This document shows positions 1-10,603 of a stretch of 64,000 nucleotides of DNA, one piece after another. Under the pieces are notes generated by a model that was not told where the DNA came from, ran no database searches, and saw only the letters and a list, made by a program, of their open reading frames with translations. The stretch is from a virus. Numbering within the stretch: the stretch's first letter is position 1; each line of letters opens with the position of its first letter. The DNA lies in IMG/VR virus record IMGVR_UViG_3300034061_002899; one strand, 5' to 3'. The translations under genes and the position numbers were made by a program.

Positions 1-85
1 AAATTCAAACTAATAGTACATCATCTGTTACTTCGGCAGTAGCCTCTATTAGACCATCAGTAAATCAAATTCAAACTAATAGTAC
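1..85 (+). repeat. 19-bp direct repeat AAATTCAAACTAATAGTAC (1-19 and 67-85) inside the fibre CDS
   Basis: Read directly; encodes the duplicated IQTNSTSSVT. Confidence 0.85.
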
Positions 86-3000
86 GTCATCGGTTACTCC
101 AGAGGTAAGAAGAACAGTTACGACAAGCCCTGTACTTACTACTACTGCATCTAGCCCAACACCCCCTATCGTACCGGGACCGGGAACAGGTACTAATCCT
201 CTTCCTCCAGGACCCGTATTCCCAGATCCTGCAAATCTTGTAGTTCCTAATGATGAAATTCCTGAACCAGTACCTCAAATTGAGTTCACTGTACCTACCC
301 CAGCTAATACAGTGGTTGGTCCTGATGGATTCTTAAATACATTAGTAACAAATGAAGCACTTCCGGTTGATGAAGGTAACATTATTAACGTTACCAATGT
401 TTACAATACATTCCTATCTAACGTTGGAATATATGATGGAAATAATTTAATATCTAATGCTGTACAACAACTAATATTTACTGGTGATGGAGTTACAGTC
501 ACTGGTAGTAACACTGCCTATATTAATATTCCCGGCGGTAACAGTAGTGGTAATGGCGTACCGGGTGGTAGTAACACTCAAATTCAATACAACAATAGTG
601 GTAATTTTGGAGGAAACAGTGGTTTTACATTTGATTCAACAATTGGTGAATTAAGTGTGCCGGGTAATATTGTAGTTGGTAATGCTATAGGCGGCAATTT
701 AACAGGTGCTAACGTTATATTCGCTAACTCATTTACTAGTAATGGTGGTGTTGTAGATTTTGCTACAAATAATCCAGATGTATTGTTGGGTAATGTAGGT
801 AATATAACTATAGGTGGCGGTACTGCTAATTATGTATTGACAACTGATGGTGCTGGTAACTTAAGTTGGGTAGCACGTGCTCGTGGTGTCACTGTACAAG
901 AAGAAGGTACTAATGTACTAGCAACAGCAAATACAATCAACTTTGTTGGTAATGGTGTTACTGCAAGCAACGTGGGTAACGTTGCTACTATTACAATTGC
1001 CGGTGGTATTGGTGGCATTGCGGTTCAAGAAGAAGGTACTAATGTACTAGCCACAGCAAATACAATCAACTTTGTCGGTTCAGGTGTTACAGCAAGTAAT
1101 GTAGGTAACGTTGCTACTATTACAATTACCGGTGGCGGTGCAGTTTCTGGCTCTAATACACAATTACAATTTAATGATGGTGGTAACTTTGGTGCAAGTT
1201 CTAACTTAACATTTGATAAAACAACTAGCAATTTAACTGTTGGTAGTAATGTTCTTGCTGTTAACTTTATTGGTTCAGGTTCAAACACACCAACAGTTAC
1301 CTCAGGCACTAATTTAGATTTGATAGCAACTGCAGGTGTTCGTGTTCCTTCTAACATTAGTTTATATGGTGGAAATGTATCATTGGGTGCCGTAGCTAAT
1401 CTACATATTACCGGTGGTACTGCTAATTATGTATTGACAACTGACGGGGCTGGTAACTTAAGTTGGAGTGCTGGTGGAGGTAGTGGTGCTAATGGTACTC
1501 CAGCCGGTTCTAATACACAAGTACAATATAACAATAATGGAAACTTTGGTGCAAGTTCAGGCTTTACATTTGATTCAACTACTGGTTGGTTAAGAGCTCC
1601 TGGTAATATTACTGCAAACTCAGAACTACATTTTGGATACGATCAAGGTTTTTCTAATGTGTCTGATGCTTGGGGTCGTTTACGAATGTTTCCAGGAAAT
1701 GTTCAAAATGCTAATATAAACACAGGTTATGGATTTACATATCAAAACACAGGATCTGGCCCGGCATATTTAGCGTTAACAAATGAAGAACGAAATTTCA
1801 ATCAAGCACTTATTATAGCAGATGGTTCAATAGGACCAGGCGCAGGTAATGTACCTGTAACCGCATTTGGTTTTAGTATAATTGACAGTATTGCAAATAC
1901 ATCACCTACTACAGGAAATGAAAACGGTTGGACTCCTTTATTAAACCTAGATTATAATGGTAATTTTACTTTACCTGGAATCCCCAGTTGGACAAGTAAC
2001 TCTGGTACAGCAAATGTCGGTAGTCTATTGGTCAGAGGCAGGTCTAATTTAAACAGTGTATCAAATATTACTATTACTGGTGGTACTATAGGTCAAGTGT
2101 TGACTACTAATGGTAATGGTAATTTAACTTGGAGTAATGCAGGAGCTGGACTTTCTGTGCGAGATGAAGGAGCCAATGTTTTAACATCAGCAAGTATAAT
2201 GAACTTTGTGGGTGCAGGCGTGGTTGCAAGTAACGTAGGTGGTGTTGCTACTATTACTATTCCAGGTGCAGGTGGAAACGGATCACCAGGTGGCGCAAAT
2301 GGTCAAGTACAATATAATGATAATGATATATTTGGTGGAAATCCAGGATTCACATTTGATGAATCTAATACTACAGTAACAGCTAACAATTTTGTTGCTA
2401 CAAGCACAGCTAACTTAGGTGATGTTGCTAATGTTACAATTCTAGGTGGCACAGCTAATTATGTATTGACAACTGACGGCACAGGTACATTAAGCTGGTC
2501 TAACTTATCTGCTACAAGTAACCTTGCTGCCGGCGGTGCAAACACACAAGTTCAATATAATGATGATGGCATATTAGGTGGAAATCCAGGATTTACATTT
2601 AATGAAGGATTATCATTAATTACTGCTAATAACTTAACTGTAAGTAGCAAATCTAATTTAAATTCAGTATCTAATGTAACTATCTTAGGTGGTACTAATG
2701 GTTACTATCTACAAACTGATGGTTCAGGTAACTTAACATGGGCTCCTGGAAGTAACAGCACAGGTAATGGTAGTGTTGCTGGTGCTAACACTCAAGTTCA
2801 ATTCAATGACGAAGGAAACTTTGGTGCAGTTGCTGGATTTACATTCAACAAAACATCTACTACATTAACAGCAAACAACATTGTTGCTTCAAGCACAGCT
2901 AACTTAGGTGATGTTGGTAATGTATATATTGGTGGTGGTACTGCTAACTATGTGTTGACAACTGACGGTACCGGCACACTAACTTGGTCTAATCTATCAG

Positions 3001-5954
3001 CAACCAGCAATATTGCAGCCGGTGGTGCAAATACACAAGTTCAATACAACGATGATGGTATACTAGGTGGTAACCCGGCGTTTACATTTGATGAAGGCAC
3101 TACTTTAATTACTGCTAATAACCTAACAGTAAGTTCTATTACTCGTTTAGGTAACGTTGGCAATGTTCACATTGACGGTGGCACAGCTAATTTTGTATTG
3201 ACAACTGACGGTACAGGCAACTTAAGTTGGACTAGTGGTAATAGTATTGCCAATGTAGCCGCAGGTGGCGCAAATACTCAAGTTCAATATAATGATGATG
3301 GCATATTAGGTGGTAACCCAGCATTTACATTTGATGAGGGATTATCATTAATTACTGCTAATAACTTAACAGTAAGCTCTATTACTCGTTTAGGTAACGT
3401 TGGCAATGTTCATATCGATGGTGGTATTAACGGATACTTCTTACAGACAGACGGAACAGGTAACTTAGTATGGGGTGTTCCAATTGGCTTACCGGGTAAC
3501 GGACAAGTTGCAGGTGCCAACACTCAAATTCAATTTAATGACGCAGGTAACTTTGGTGCTGTTGCTGGTTTTACATTCGACAAAACAACTACTACGTTTA
3601 CAGCAAATAATATTATTGGTAATAGTACTGTTAATTTTACAACAGCATCAAATGTTAGTTTAGGTAATGTTGGTAATGTACATATCGCAGGTGGTAACGC
3701 TAATTTCATATTGACTACTGATGGTACAGGTAACTTATCCTGGGCTAACTTAGCCGGCGGCGGTGCTGGTAATATTGCGGCAGGTGGTGCAAATACACAA
3801 GTTCAATATAATGATGATGGCATATTAGGTGGTAACCCAGCATTTACATTTGATGAGGGATTATCATTAATTACTGCTAATAACTTTGTAGCAACTAGCA
3901 CAGCTAACTTGGGTGCAGTTAGTAATGTTACAATTACCGGTGGTACTAATGGTTATGTTCTACAAACTGACGGAGCAGGTAATTTAACTTGGACAGCACA
4001 AACAGGCGGAAATGCAGGTAATGGAATACCAGCTGGAGCAAATACACAAGTTCAATTCAATGATGCAGGTAATTTTGGTGCAAGTGCTGGATTTACTTTT
4101 AATAGTTCAAATACTTTACTCACAACCAATAATCTAGCTGTTACGACTACTGCTAACTTTATATCAGCATCAAACGTTAGTTTAGGTAATGTTGGTAATA
4201 TTCACATTTCAGGTGGCGGTGCAAATTATGTATTAGTCACTGATGGATCTGGTGACCTAAGTTGGGCTAATTTATCAGCAACTACAATTGGCATTAAAGC
4301 AGGTGGTGCAAATACTCAAGTTCAATATAACGATGATGGCATAATAGGTGGTCACCCAGCATTTACATTTGATGAAGGATTACAACTAGTTACAGCAAAT
4401 AATTTTGCGGCAACAAGTACAGCTAACTTAGGTGATGTTGGTAATGTATATATTGGTGGTGGTAATGCTAATTATATATTAACTACCGATGGTACAGGCA
4501 CGCTAAGTTGGGCTAACTTAGCCGCAGGTGACGTTGGCAACATCAAGGCAGGTGGTGCTAATACTCAAATTCAGTATAACGATGACGGCGTATTAGGTGG
4601 TCACCCAGCATTGACATTTGACGAGGGATTAACATTAGTTACAGCAAATAACTTAACAGTAACTTCTATTACTGAGTTAGGTGACTTAGGTAACGTATAT
4701 ATTACCGGTGGTAATCCGTTTGATGTTATTGCTACGATTGACGGAGCAGGTAATTTAGGTTGGGCAACAATTACATTTGAAGCCGGCGGTACAAATACAC
4801 AAGTTCAATACAATGATGATGGTTCATTTGGTGGTGATGCGACATTCACATTTGATGAGACATTAACATTATTAACTGTTAATAATTTTGTAGTTACAAG
4901 TACAGCTAACTTGGGTTCAAATGCTAATGTTACTATTACAGGTGGTGGACCTGGACAAGTATTGACTACGGACGGTACTGGTAATTTAAGTTGGAGTGAC
5001 GGGACAGCTAATACTCCAGGAGGTTATTATCTACATACACAATCAGTTGCAAGTAATGTTTGGACAGTAACTCACAATCTTAATAGAACATATGTTGTAG
5101 TAGAACCAGTTGATGCTAATAATAATTCTTATAATGGAAGATATGATTTCCCAACAATTAATTTTGTAAATGCTAACACATTGACAATGACATGGACTAC
5201 CGCAGTAGATGGATATGCAGCCGTAGTAGGTGGAGGTATAAGTTATTACAATGAAATTACTGGTATTACTGTACAAGACGAAGGTTCTAACGTATTAGCT
5301 AATGCTACTACACTGAACTTTGTTGGCCCTAGTGTTACAGCAAGTGATGTAGGTGGTGTTGCTACAATTAATATTGCAGGTATACCCGGAGTTATTATAC
5401 AAGATGAAGGTAACGTTGTAGTTGGTTCAACTAATACGTTTAATTTTGTAGGTGCAGGTGTTGAAGCAAGTAATGTAGGTGGTGTTGCAACAATCACAAT
5501 AAATGGTGGTATTACTGTATATGACGAGGGTGTTCCTTTTGTTAGTTCAATTGGTGCTCTTAACTTTGTTGGTCTAGGTGTTACGGCTACAGTAGCGCCG
5601 GGATCAGGTATAGCTACTGTTACTATTCCAGGCTCTAGTGCAGGTGATACTATTTACGACTTGGGTAATGTTTCAGGCACTACTACAATTAATATTAACA
5701 ACGGTACTATTCAAACATGTACAATGACAGCTAATACATTCTTTAACATATCATCAGTTGCATCAGGACAGAGTATTACATTGATAATAACACAGGGTGT
5801 AGGAGCCCCGTATCTTGCTACTTATGGTAGTACTGTTCTTTGGGCTTCTGGTTATAAAGCTCTAAGTACAACAGCTGGCGCTGTAGACATGGTTAACATG
5901 GTCAATATTGGCGGCACATATTATGCTACATTAACAACAGGATATGCGGCATGA
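3..5954 (+). CDS. Giant Gly/Asn/Thr-rich repeat protein, probable tail fibre/whisker (5'-truncated)
   Basis: The frame is open from base 3 (IQTNSTSS..., Pro/Thr-rich), so the true start is upstream of the window and not GTG312. It has about 14 copies of a GGANTQVQYND-G...LTTDG-GNL-W repeat and about 6 copies of a VQ(E/D)EG-NV...NFVG-GV-ASNVG-VATITI repeat. Confidence 0.75.
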   Translation: MQTNSTSSVTSAVASIRPSVNQIQTNSTSSVTPEVRRTVTTSPVLTTTASSPTPPIVPGPGTGTNPLPPGPVFPDPANLVVPNDEIPEPVPQIEFTVPTPANTVVGPDGFLNTLVTNEALPVDEGNIINVTNVYNTFLSNVGIYDGNNLISNAVQQLIFTGDGVTVTGSNTAYINIPGGNSSGNGVPGGSNTQIQYNNSGNFGGNSGFTFDSTIGELSVPGNIVVGNAIGGNLTGANVIFANSFTSNGGVVDFATNNPDVLLGNVGNITIGGGTANYVLTTDGAGNLSWVARARGVTVQEEGTNVLATANTINFVGNGVTASNVGNVATITIAGGIGGIAVQEEGTNVLATANTINFVGSGVTASNVGNVATITITGGGAVSGSNTQLQFNDGGNFGASSNLTFDKTTSNLTVGSNVLAVNFIGSGSNTPTVTSGTNLDLIATAGVRVPSNISLYGGNVSLGAVANLHITGGTANYVLTTDGAGNLSWSAGGGSGANGTPAGSNTQVQYNNNGNFGASSGFTFDSTTGWLRAPGNITANSELHFGYDQGFSNVSDAWGRLRMFPGNVQNANINTGYGFTYQNTGSGPAYLALTNEERNFNQALIIADGSIGPGAGNVPVTAFGFSIIDSIANTSPTTGNENGWTPLLNLDYNGNFTLPGIPSWTSNSGTANVGSLLVRGRSNLNSVSNITITGGTIGQVLTTNGNGNLTWSNAGAGLSVRDEGANVLTSASIMNFVGAGVVASNVGGVATITIPGAGGNGSPGGANGQVQYNDNDIFGGNPGFTFDESNTTVTANNFVATSTANLGDVANVTILGGTANYVLTTDGTGTLSWSNLSATSNLAAGGANTQVQYNDDGILGGNPGFTFNEGLSLITANNLTVSSKSNLNSVSNVTILGGTNGYYLQTDGSGNLTWAPGSNSTGNGSVAGANTQVQFNDEGNFGAVAGFTFNKTSTTLTANNIVASSTANLGDVGNVYIGGGTANYVLTTDGTGTLTWSNLSATSNIAAGGANTQVQYNDDGILGGNPAFTFDEGTTLITANNLTVSSITRLGNVGNVHIDGGTANFVLTTDGTGNLSWTSGNSIANVAAGGANTQVQYNDDGILGGNPAFTFDEGLSLITANNLTVSSITRLGNVGNVHIDGGINGYFLQTDGTGNLVWGVPIGLPGNGQVAGANTQIQFNDAGNFGAVAGFTFDKTTTTFTANNIIGNSTVNFTTASNVSLGNVGNVHIAGGNANFILTTDGTGNLSWANLAGGGAGNIAAGGANTQVQYNDDGILGGNPAFTFDEGLSLITANNFVATSTANLGAVSNVTITGGTNGYVLQTDGAGNLTWTAQTGGNAGNGIPAGANTQVQFNDAGNFGASAGFTFNSSNTLLTTNNLAVTTTANFISASNVSLGNVGNIHISGGGANYVLVTDGSGDLSWANLSATTIGIKAGGANTQVQYNDDGIIGGHPAFTFDEGLQLVTANNFAATSTANLGDVGNVYIGGGNANYILTTDGTGTLSWANLAAGDVGNIKAGGANTQIQYNDDGVLGGHPALTFDEGLTLVTANNLTVTSITELGDLGNVYITGGNPFDVIATIDGAGNLGWATITFEAGGTNTQVQYNDDGSFGGDATFTFDETLTLLTVNNFVVTSTANLGSNANVTITGGGPGQVLTTDGTGNLSWSDGTANTPGGYYLHTQSVASNVWTVTHNLNRTYVVVEPVDANNNSYNGRYDFPTINFVNANTLTMTWTTAVDGYAAVVGGGISYYNEITGITVQDEGSNVLANATTLNFVGPSVTASDVGGVATINIAGIPGVIIQDEGNVVVGSTNTFNFVGAGVEASNVGGVATITINGGITVYDEGVPFVSSIGALNFVGLGVTATVAPGSGIATVTIPGSSAGDTIYDLGNVSGTTTININNGTIQTCTMTANTFFNISSVASGQSITLIITQGVGAPYLATYGSTVLWASGYKALSTTAGAVDMVNMVNIGGTYYATLTTGYAA

Positions 5955-6745
5955 ACTTTGGTGGGAGTAGATTAGGATTTTGGTTTAGACCCCCAAGTCG
6001 GATCACAAAAACTAAAGTATTAGTGTTCTATGATCCAACTACCTATGTGTATTCCGGAGGGGGTGTATACAATGATTTTTATAATCCCGAGTACGGTACA
6101 CCAGATCCCGCAACAGCAATTTATCCTAATATACAAAGTAGAGAAATAGCTGCCGGATATGAGCCGGAACTAATTGTTGGATATGACAATCTACCAGCAG
6201 ACATGAGTATCTATTCTCATGTATGGGATATAGGTTATGTGAGTCCATATAGCATTAATCCATTGACGGATCCTACTAGTAAATTAACTACATTTCTTCA
6301 AGGTGGTGGTTCTATGTTCATGCTAGGTGAAAATTCTGGATTGAATCAACCCGGACCTTCTCCAGAACTTACCAGGTGGTCAACTATTAAAGAATTTCTA
6401 AATGTGTTGGGCGCAAATACAGGTCAACCTACAGTTTTGTCGATGGATCCTACATATTACGGCATCATTACTTCTACAGTTAAACCTGAATTTTTAATAG
6501 CTAATAATAATAATATAGTTACTTTGTATGCCCCGGGCGGTTGGCTTAATATAAATCAGGGGACAACGATGACAACTCCGTTAACGGGCGGTAATGCATA
6601 CCCATCAGTTATGTGGGAGACAGGTTCGCTTCCTAATGCAACGACAGGCGCAATTATATCAGTTTTAGATGTTGATTTTTTGACAACTGATTTTCTACAG
6701 GTTGATTTTATTGACAACATTATTGCATCATTAATGCAACGATAA
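5951..6745 (+). CDS. Hypothetical protein, probably fibre-associated, with a GATase-like/DUF4350-like segment
   Basis: ATGA overlap with the fibre gene; FLQGGGSMFMLGEN segment. Confidence 0.45.
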   Translation: MNFGGSRLGFWFRPPSRITKTKVLVFYDPTTYVYSGGGVYNDFYNPEYGTPDPATAIYPNIQSREIAAGYEPELIVGYDNLPADMSIYSHVWDIGYVSPYSINPLTDPTSKLTTFLQGGGSMFMLGENSGLNQPGPSPELTRWSTIKEFLNVLGANTGQPTVLSMDPTYYGIITSTVKPEFLIANNNNIVTLYAPGGWLNINQGTTMTTPLTGGNAYPSVMWETGSLPNATTGAIISVLDVDFLTTDFLQVDFIDNIIASLMQR

Positions 6746-6803
6746 TAGAATTCCGTGTCTATATAGATTTTTGATAAATACTATATAACATTGGAATTCC
6801 ATT

Positions 6804-7427
6804 ATGCGTTTCACAGAAATATCAGAATCTACAACATCAGGCTCAGTATCAACTGTAGCAATGCCATTAGGCAAAACTCAAACAAGAACTCAAGTTGCTG
6901 GTCTACAACCCGTACAAAAAGTAATGGGTGGTGCATCAAAGAAAAAAGGCCCTTATGGTAATAGCATCAATGAAAGCGCAGAACTTAGTGAAGCTGACCT
7001 ACAAGAAGATGATATCATTTTAGTTCCCGGACAAGGACGCAAAATGAAAACTGGATTTGTACCACACGGCCAAAGTCGTTTAGACCACGAAGTTGAAATG
7101 GCACGTAGTGATTTGTTCAGTGCCGCAAAGAATGCTCAACAAGTCTATGCTATGATTAAAGATGTTAGTGAAGATGAAGGACTTGAAGGTTGGGTACAAG
7201 AAAAGATTATCAAAGCAAATGATTATCTAAACACTATACGTGAATATTTAGAAGGTAAACGGATTCAACAAGAATCAGTAGTTGAAGGTGCTAAAGTTGA
7301 CCGCATGGTTAAGCACATTGAAAAATCAGAAAAGAAATTAGGCAAGAGTAAAGACGAAGCAGAGAACATTGCTTGGGCTACAGCTAACAAGCGTGGCATG
7401 TTAGACAACAAGAACAAGAAGAAATAA
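6804..7427 (+). CDS. Putative virion-internal protein (MRFTEISE N-terminus)
   Basis: Preceded by a GATAAATA late-type motif; capsid-targeting-like N-terminus; SVVEG linker. Confidence 0.55.
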   Translation: MRFTEISESTTSGSVSTVAMPLGKTQTRTQVAGLQPVQKVMGGASKKKGPYGNSINESAELSEADLQEDDIILVPGQGRKMKTGFVPHGQSRLDHEVEMARSDLFSAAKNAQQVYAMIKDVSEDEGLEGWVQEKIIKANDYLNTIREYLEGKRIQQESVVEGAKVDRMVKHIEKSEKKLGKSKDEAENIAWATANKRGMLDNKNKKK

Positions 7428-7428
7428 T

Positions 7429-9678
7429 ATGAGCAATATTCTAAAAGGTTTACAATTAAACGAATTGTCTAATGAGAAGTTAGGACAATATAAAAAAGCC
7501 GCTGGTGCTGATGCTACTGCCGCTGACAAGGCAGGTGATACTAAGAAGGCTGACAAGCGTATGAGTGGCATTGTTAAAGCAACTAAGAAACAATTTGCTA
7601 ATGACGAAAAGAAAGAAGTAGACGAAGCATACAACAAATATCAATCAAATCGCACAGGTTTTAGTCGTGGTCAACGAGATAATGAGCGCCACGATTTAGA
7701 TGTACCAGGACAAGATCCTAGAGAACTTAGAATGTACAATCTTACTATTGATGGTAAGCCATTAAATCCTAAACCAATTATGGGTCGTAGCAACTTAATC
7801 AAATTTGGTAAACAACAAGCCGCCACTGGAGTTGATCTTTCTAACGCTATTATATCTCTAGTAGATGAAGGTGTGGCTGAAGGTAGATATGATTTTAGCG
7901 ATTACCATGATGCTAGACTACGTGGTGATTATGGTATGGATCTTCCTGCTAACACTTCCGGAAGTACATACAAAGAACTTAATAAAGGTGATGGCGCTGG
8001 CGAACGAGGAAGACCACAACGACTAAAAGGTGTTTCAAAAAAATTACCAGCTGATCCGTTTGGTCGTACTACAGGTGAAATTCCTAAAGGTAAGCCAGGC
8101 ACAGTTCATAGTATGATGCGTGACATTGATGAAGATGAGTTAGATGAGAACTGCTGGAAGGGATATCACAAAGAAGGTAACAAAAAAATGTTTGGCAAAA
8201 CTGTTCCTAACTGTGTGAAGAATGAAGGTGTAGCAGAGGGTTGGCAAGAAGAATCACAAGACTTAGAAGACTGGTCAAAAGAAGTCAACAAGAGATTGTA
8301 TAGAGCACATGAAAGTCAGCGCCCTGCATTGGCAAGACAATTGAGCAAATTAGAACAAAAGAATTTTGGCAGTAGTCTAAATAAAGGATCACTTACAGAA
8401 TTAGTTCATTCAGCATTGATGGCAATACAAAAAGGTAATATGGTTCACTATGATCCACAGAGCGTAGGTTCAATGCCGTTTGGTAATATAGTAGGTGATG
8501 ATGCTAGAGTCATTGCCAATTCGGGATTGAAAAAATATGATGTAGATGGTTATCGTGGTTTGAAAAGAGCAGGTATAGTAGATACTATTGAACAGTTTCT
8601 ACATTTACGAGACCTCGCTGACAATCAAGGTCAAGCAATAATGAAGTATGCTAACATGCCACCTGTAGCAGCCTGGATGCAATTTATTAAAGATATCGGT
8701 TGGTCTAAAGATGATATGAACGAAGAAGTACAAGCCAAAACTGATGATAAGTTACTAGCATATTACGCACAGCGTAAAGCAGAAAAAGAAAAACAACAGC
8801 AAGGTGTAGTGAAAGAACAACATAATTGCCCACACTGCGGTGGCGAATTGGTCAGTGAAGAACTGATGAACGAAAAGAAAGATGCTTGCTACTATAAAGT
8901 TAAGAGCCGTTATAAAGTATGGCCAAGTGCTTATGCTAGCGGTGCTTTAGTTAAATGCCGCAAGAAGGGCGCAGACAGTTGGGGTAATGGTGGAAAGAAG
9001 AATGAAAGTTCTATCTTAGAAGGTATTGAACAAGTAGATGAGAACTTAAATAAATGGTTCAAAGAAAAATGGGTTCGTTTTGGTCCTGATGGCAAGATCC
9101 GAGGCGACTGTGCTAGAGGTGATGATAGTGAAGGTAAACCAAAGTGTTTACCACAAAGTAAAGCGCAGAACTTGGGTAAGAAGGGTCGTGCTAGTGCCGC
9201 TCAACGTAAGCGCAGAGAAGATCCTAATCCAGAGCGTAGTGGTAAAGCAATCAATGTTAACACTAAGAAAAAGTCAAACGAAGGTTTGGACGAAGGTTGG
9301 AAAGAAAAACTAGGCGCAGCCGCATTAGCAGGCTCAATGGCACTAGGAGCCGGTGCCGCTCATAGTCGTGTAACACCTGATGGACAAGGTGGATTTACTG
9401 GTGGATTAAAACCAAGTGCAACTGTGATATCACCGTCTGATGACAAGCCGGCTGCAGAAGCACCAAAGGGCTTTAGTAAAGAATATCTACAAAAAGCCGC
9501 AGATCCAAATCGCACTGGTAGATATATGATTAGTGTTGAAAAGGCACAAGAATTATTGAAACAAATGAACGAAGATCAACTTGATGAAAAGTGGTCACAG
9601 AAGTACAAAGACAGTATCAACTGTAGTAATCCTAAAGGCTTCAGTCAAAAAGCACATTGTCAAGGAAAAAACAAATGA
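7429..9678 (+). CDS. Modular putative virion-internal polyprotein
   Basis: Short basic or Cys-containing modules (CWKGY...VPNCVK, CPHCG, KWSQKYKDSINC...FSQKAHC) separated by GVAEG, LDE and MNE junctions. Confidence 0.6.
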   Translation: MSNILKGLQLNELSNEKLGQYKKAAGADATAADKAGDTKKADKRMSGIVKATKKQFANDEKKEVDEAYNKYQSNRTGFSRGQRDNERHDLDVPGQDPRELRMYNLTIDGKPLNPKPIMGRSNLIKFGKQQAATGVDLSNAIISLVDEGVAEGRYDFSDYHDARLRGDYGMDLPANTSGSTYKELNKGDGAGERGRPQRLKGVSKKLPADPFGRTTGEIPKGKPGTVHSMMRDIDEDELDENCWKGYHKEGNKKMFGKTVPNCVKNEGVAEGWQEESQDLEDWSKEVNKRLYRAHESQRPALARQLSKLEQKNFGSSLNKGSLTELVHSALMAIQKGNMVHYDPQSVGSMPFGNIVGDDARVIANSGLKKYDVDGYRGLKRAGIVDTIEQFLHLRDLADNQGQAIMKYANMPPVAAWMQFIKDIGWSKDDMNEEVQAKTDDKLLAYYAQRKAEKEKQQQGVVKEQHNCPHCGGELVSEELMNEKKDACYYKVKSRYKVWPSAYASGALVKCRKKGADSWGNGGKKNESSILEGIEQVDENLNKWFKEKWVRFGPDGKIRGDCARGDDSEGKPKCLPQSKAQNLGKKGRASAAQRKRREDPNPERSGKAINVNTKKKSNEGLDEGWKEKLGAAALAGSMALGAGAAHSRVTPDGQGGFTGGLKPSATVISPSDDKPAAEAPKGFSKEYLQKAADPNRTGRYMISVEKAQELLKQMNEDQLDEKWSQKYKDSINCSNPKGFSQKAHCQGKNK

Positions 9679-9721
9679 CAGATTTTGAATTTTATTGGAA
9701 TAGAAAAGGATACCCTATATA

Positions 9722-10162
9722 ATGTTATCAGATAACTTAAAAATATTATTAGCAAGCACCCAAAGTTTTGCTATCAAGTCACAGAATTTTCACTGGAATG
9801 TTGAAGGTAGTAAATTTCCAGAATATCACAAATTTTTTAACAAATTGTATGAAGATGTAAGTGACACTATTGATCCAATCGCCGAATATATTAGAATCTT
9901 AGGTCATTATACTCCTGGTAGTTTAACTCGCTATGCTGAGTTAAGTATCATTCAAGACCAAACTAAAATTCCACGTGCTGAATTGATGTTTGCTGAGTCG
10001 CTACAAGATTGTGAAACAATGCTTCAATTAGTAACAGCAATGTTTGATGAGGCCGCCAATGAAAATCAACATGGTATAGAAAACTATATGGCTGAACTAC
10101 AAGACTTGTATGGCAAGAAAGCATGGTTTATTCGTTCTATTCTTAAAACAGAACGTGAGTAA
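9722..10162 (+). CDS. dps: Dps/ferritin-like DNA-protection protein
   Basis: NFHWNVEG..F..YH.FF..LY...D.IAE.IR signature; C-terminal K.AWF. Confidence 0.9.
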   Translation: MLSDNLKILLASTQSFAIKSQNFHWNVEGSKFPEYHKFFNKLYEDVSDTIDPIAEYIRILGHYTPGSLTRYAELSIIQDQTKIPRAELMFAESLQDCETMLQLVTAMFDEAANENQHGIENYMAELQDLYGKKAWFIRSILKTERE

Positions 10163-10168
10163 TATAAC

Positions 10169-10603
10169 ATGAAAAAAATTATAACAACATTATTATTAAC
10201 ACTATCCGTTAGTGTATTTGCACAGAAAACTCCACAAGGGGTAACATATGATGCAAACATTTTAAAAGTAAGTGACGGTGATACCATAGTTATTGCCGCA
10301 CCATTCTTACCAGCGCCACTAAAGCCGCAGTTAGCTGTTCGTATATTTGGTGTTGATACCCCTGAAAAAGGCTTCAGAGCTAAGTGCGAATCAGAAAATC
10401 AACGAGGCTTAGCCGCTAGTGAGTTTACTAAAAAACTAGTAGGTAGTAGTCAAAAGCGTCAAGTGATATTATATGACTGGGATAAGTTTGGCGGCCGTGT
10501 TCTAGGTGACATTATATTAGACGGTAAAAGTCTACGCCAACAACTGATTGCTAATGGCTTTGCCCGTGAGTACTTTGGTGAAGCCAAGCAATCTTGGTGT
10601 TAA
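10169..10603 (+). CDS. Thermonuclease (SNase-like) with signal peptide
   Basis: DGDT, VRIFGVDTPE, DKFGGRVL and L..GFA motifs. Confidence 0.9.
   Translation: MKKIITTLLLTLSVSVFAQKTPQGVTYDANILKVSDGDTIVIAAPFLPAPLKPQLAVRIFGVDTPEKGFRAKCESENQRGLAASEFTKKLVGSSQKRQVILYDWDKFGGRVLGDIILDGKSLRQQLIANGFAREYFGEAKQSWC

Noticed and set aside
312-314. GTG312 as the start of the fibre gene
   Set aside because: The frame is open back to base 3 with similar composition, so the real start lies outside the window.
312-6745. Diversity-generating retroelement acting on the fibre
   Set aside because: No reverse transcriptase and no adenine-specific TR/VR pair are seen; the repeats are in-frame coding repeats.
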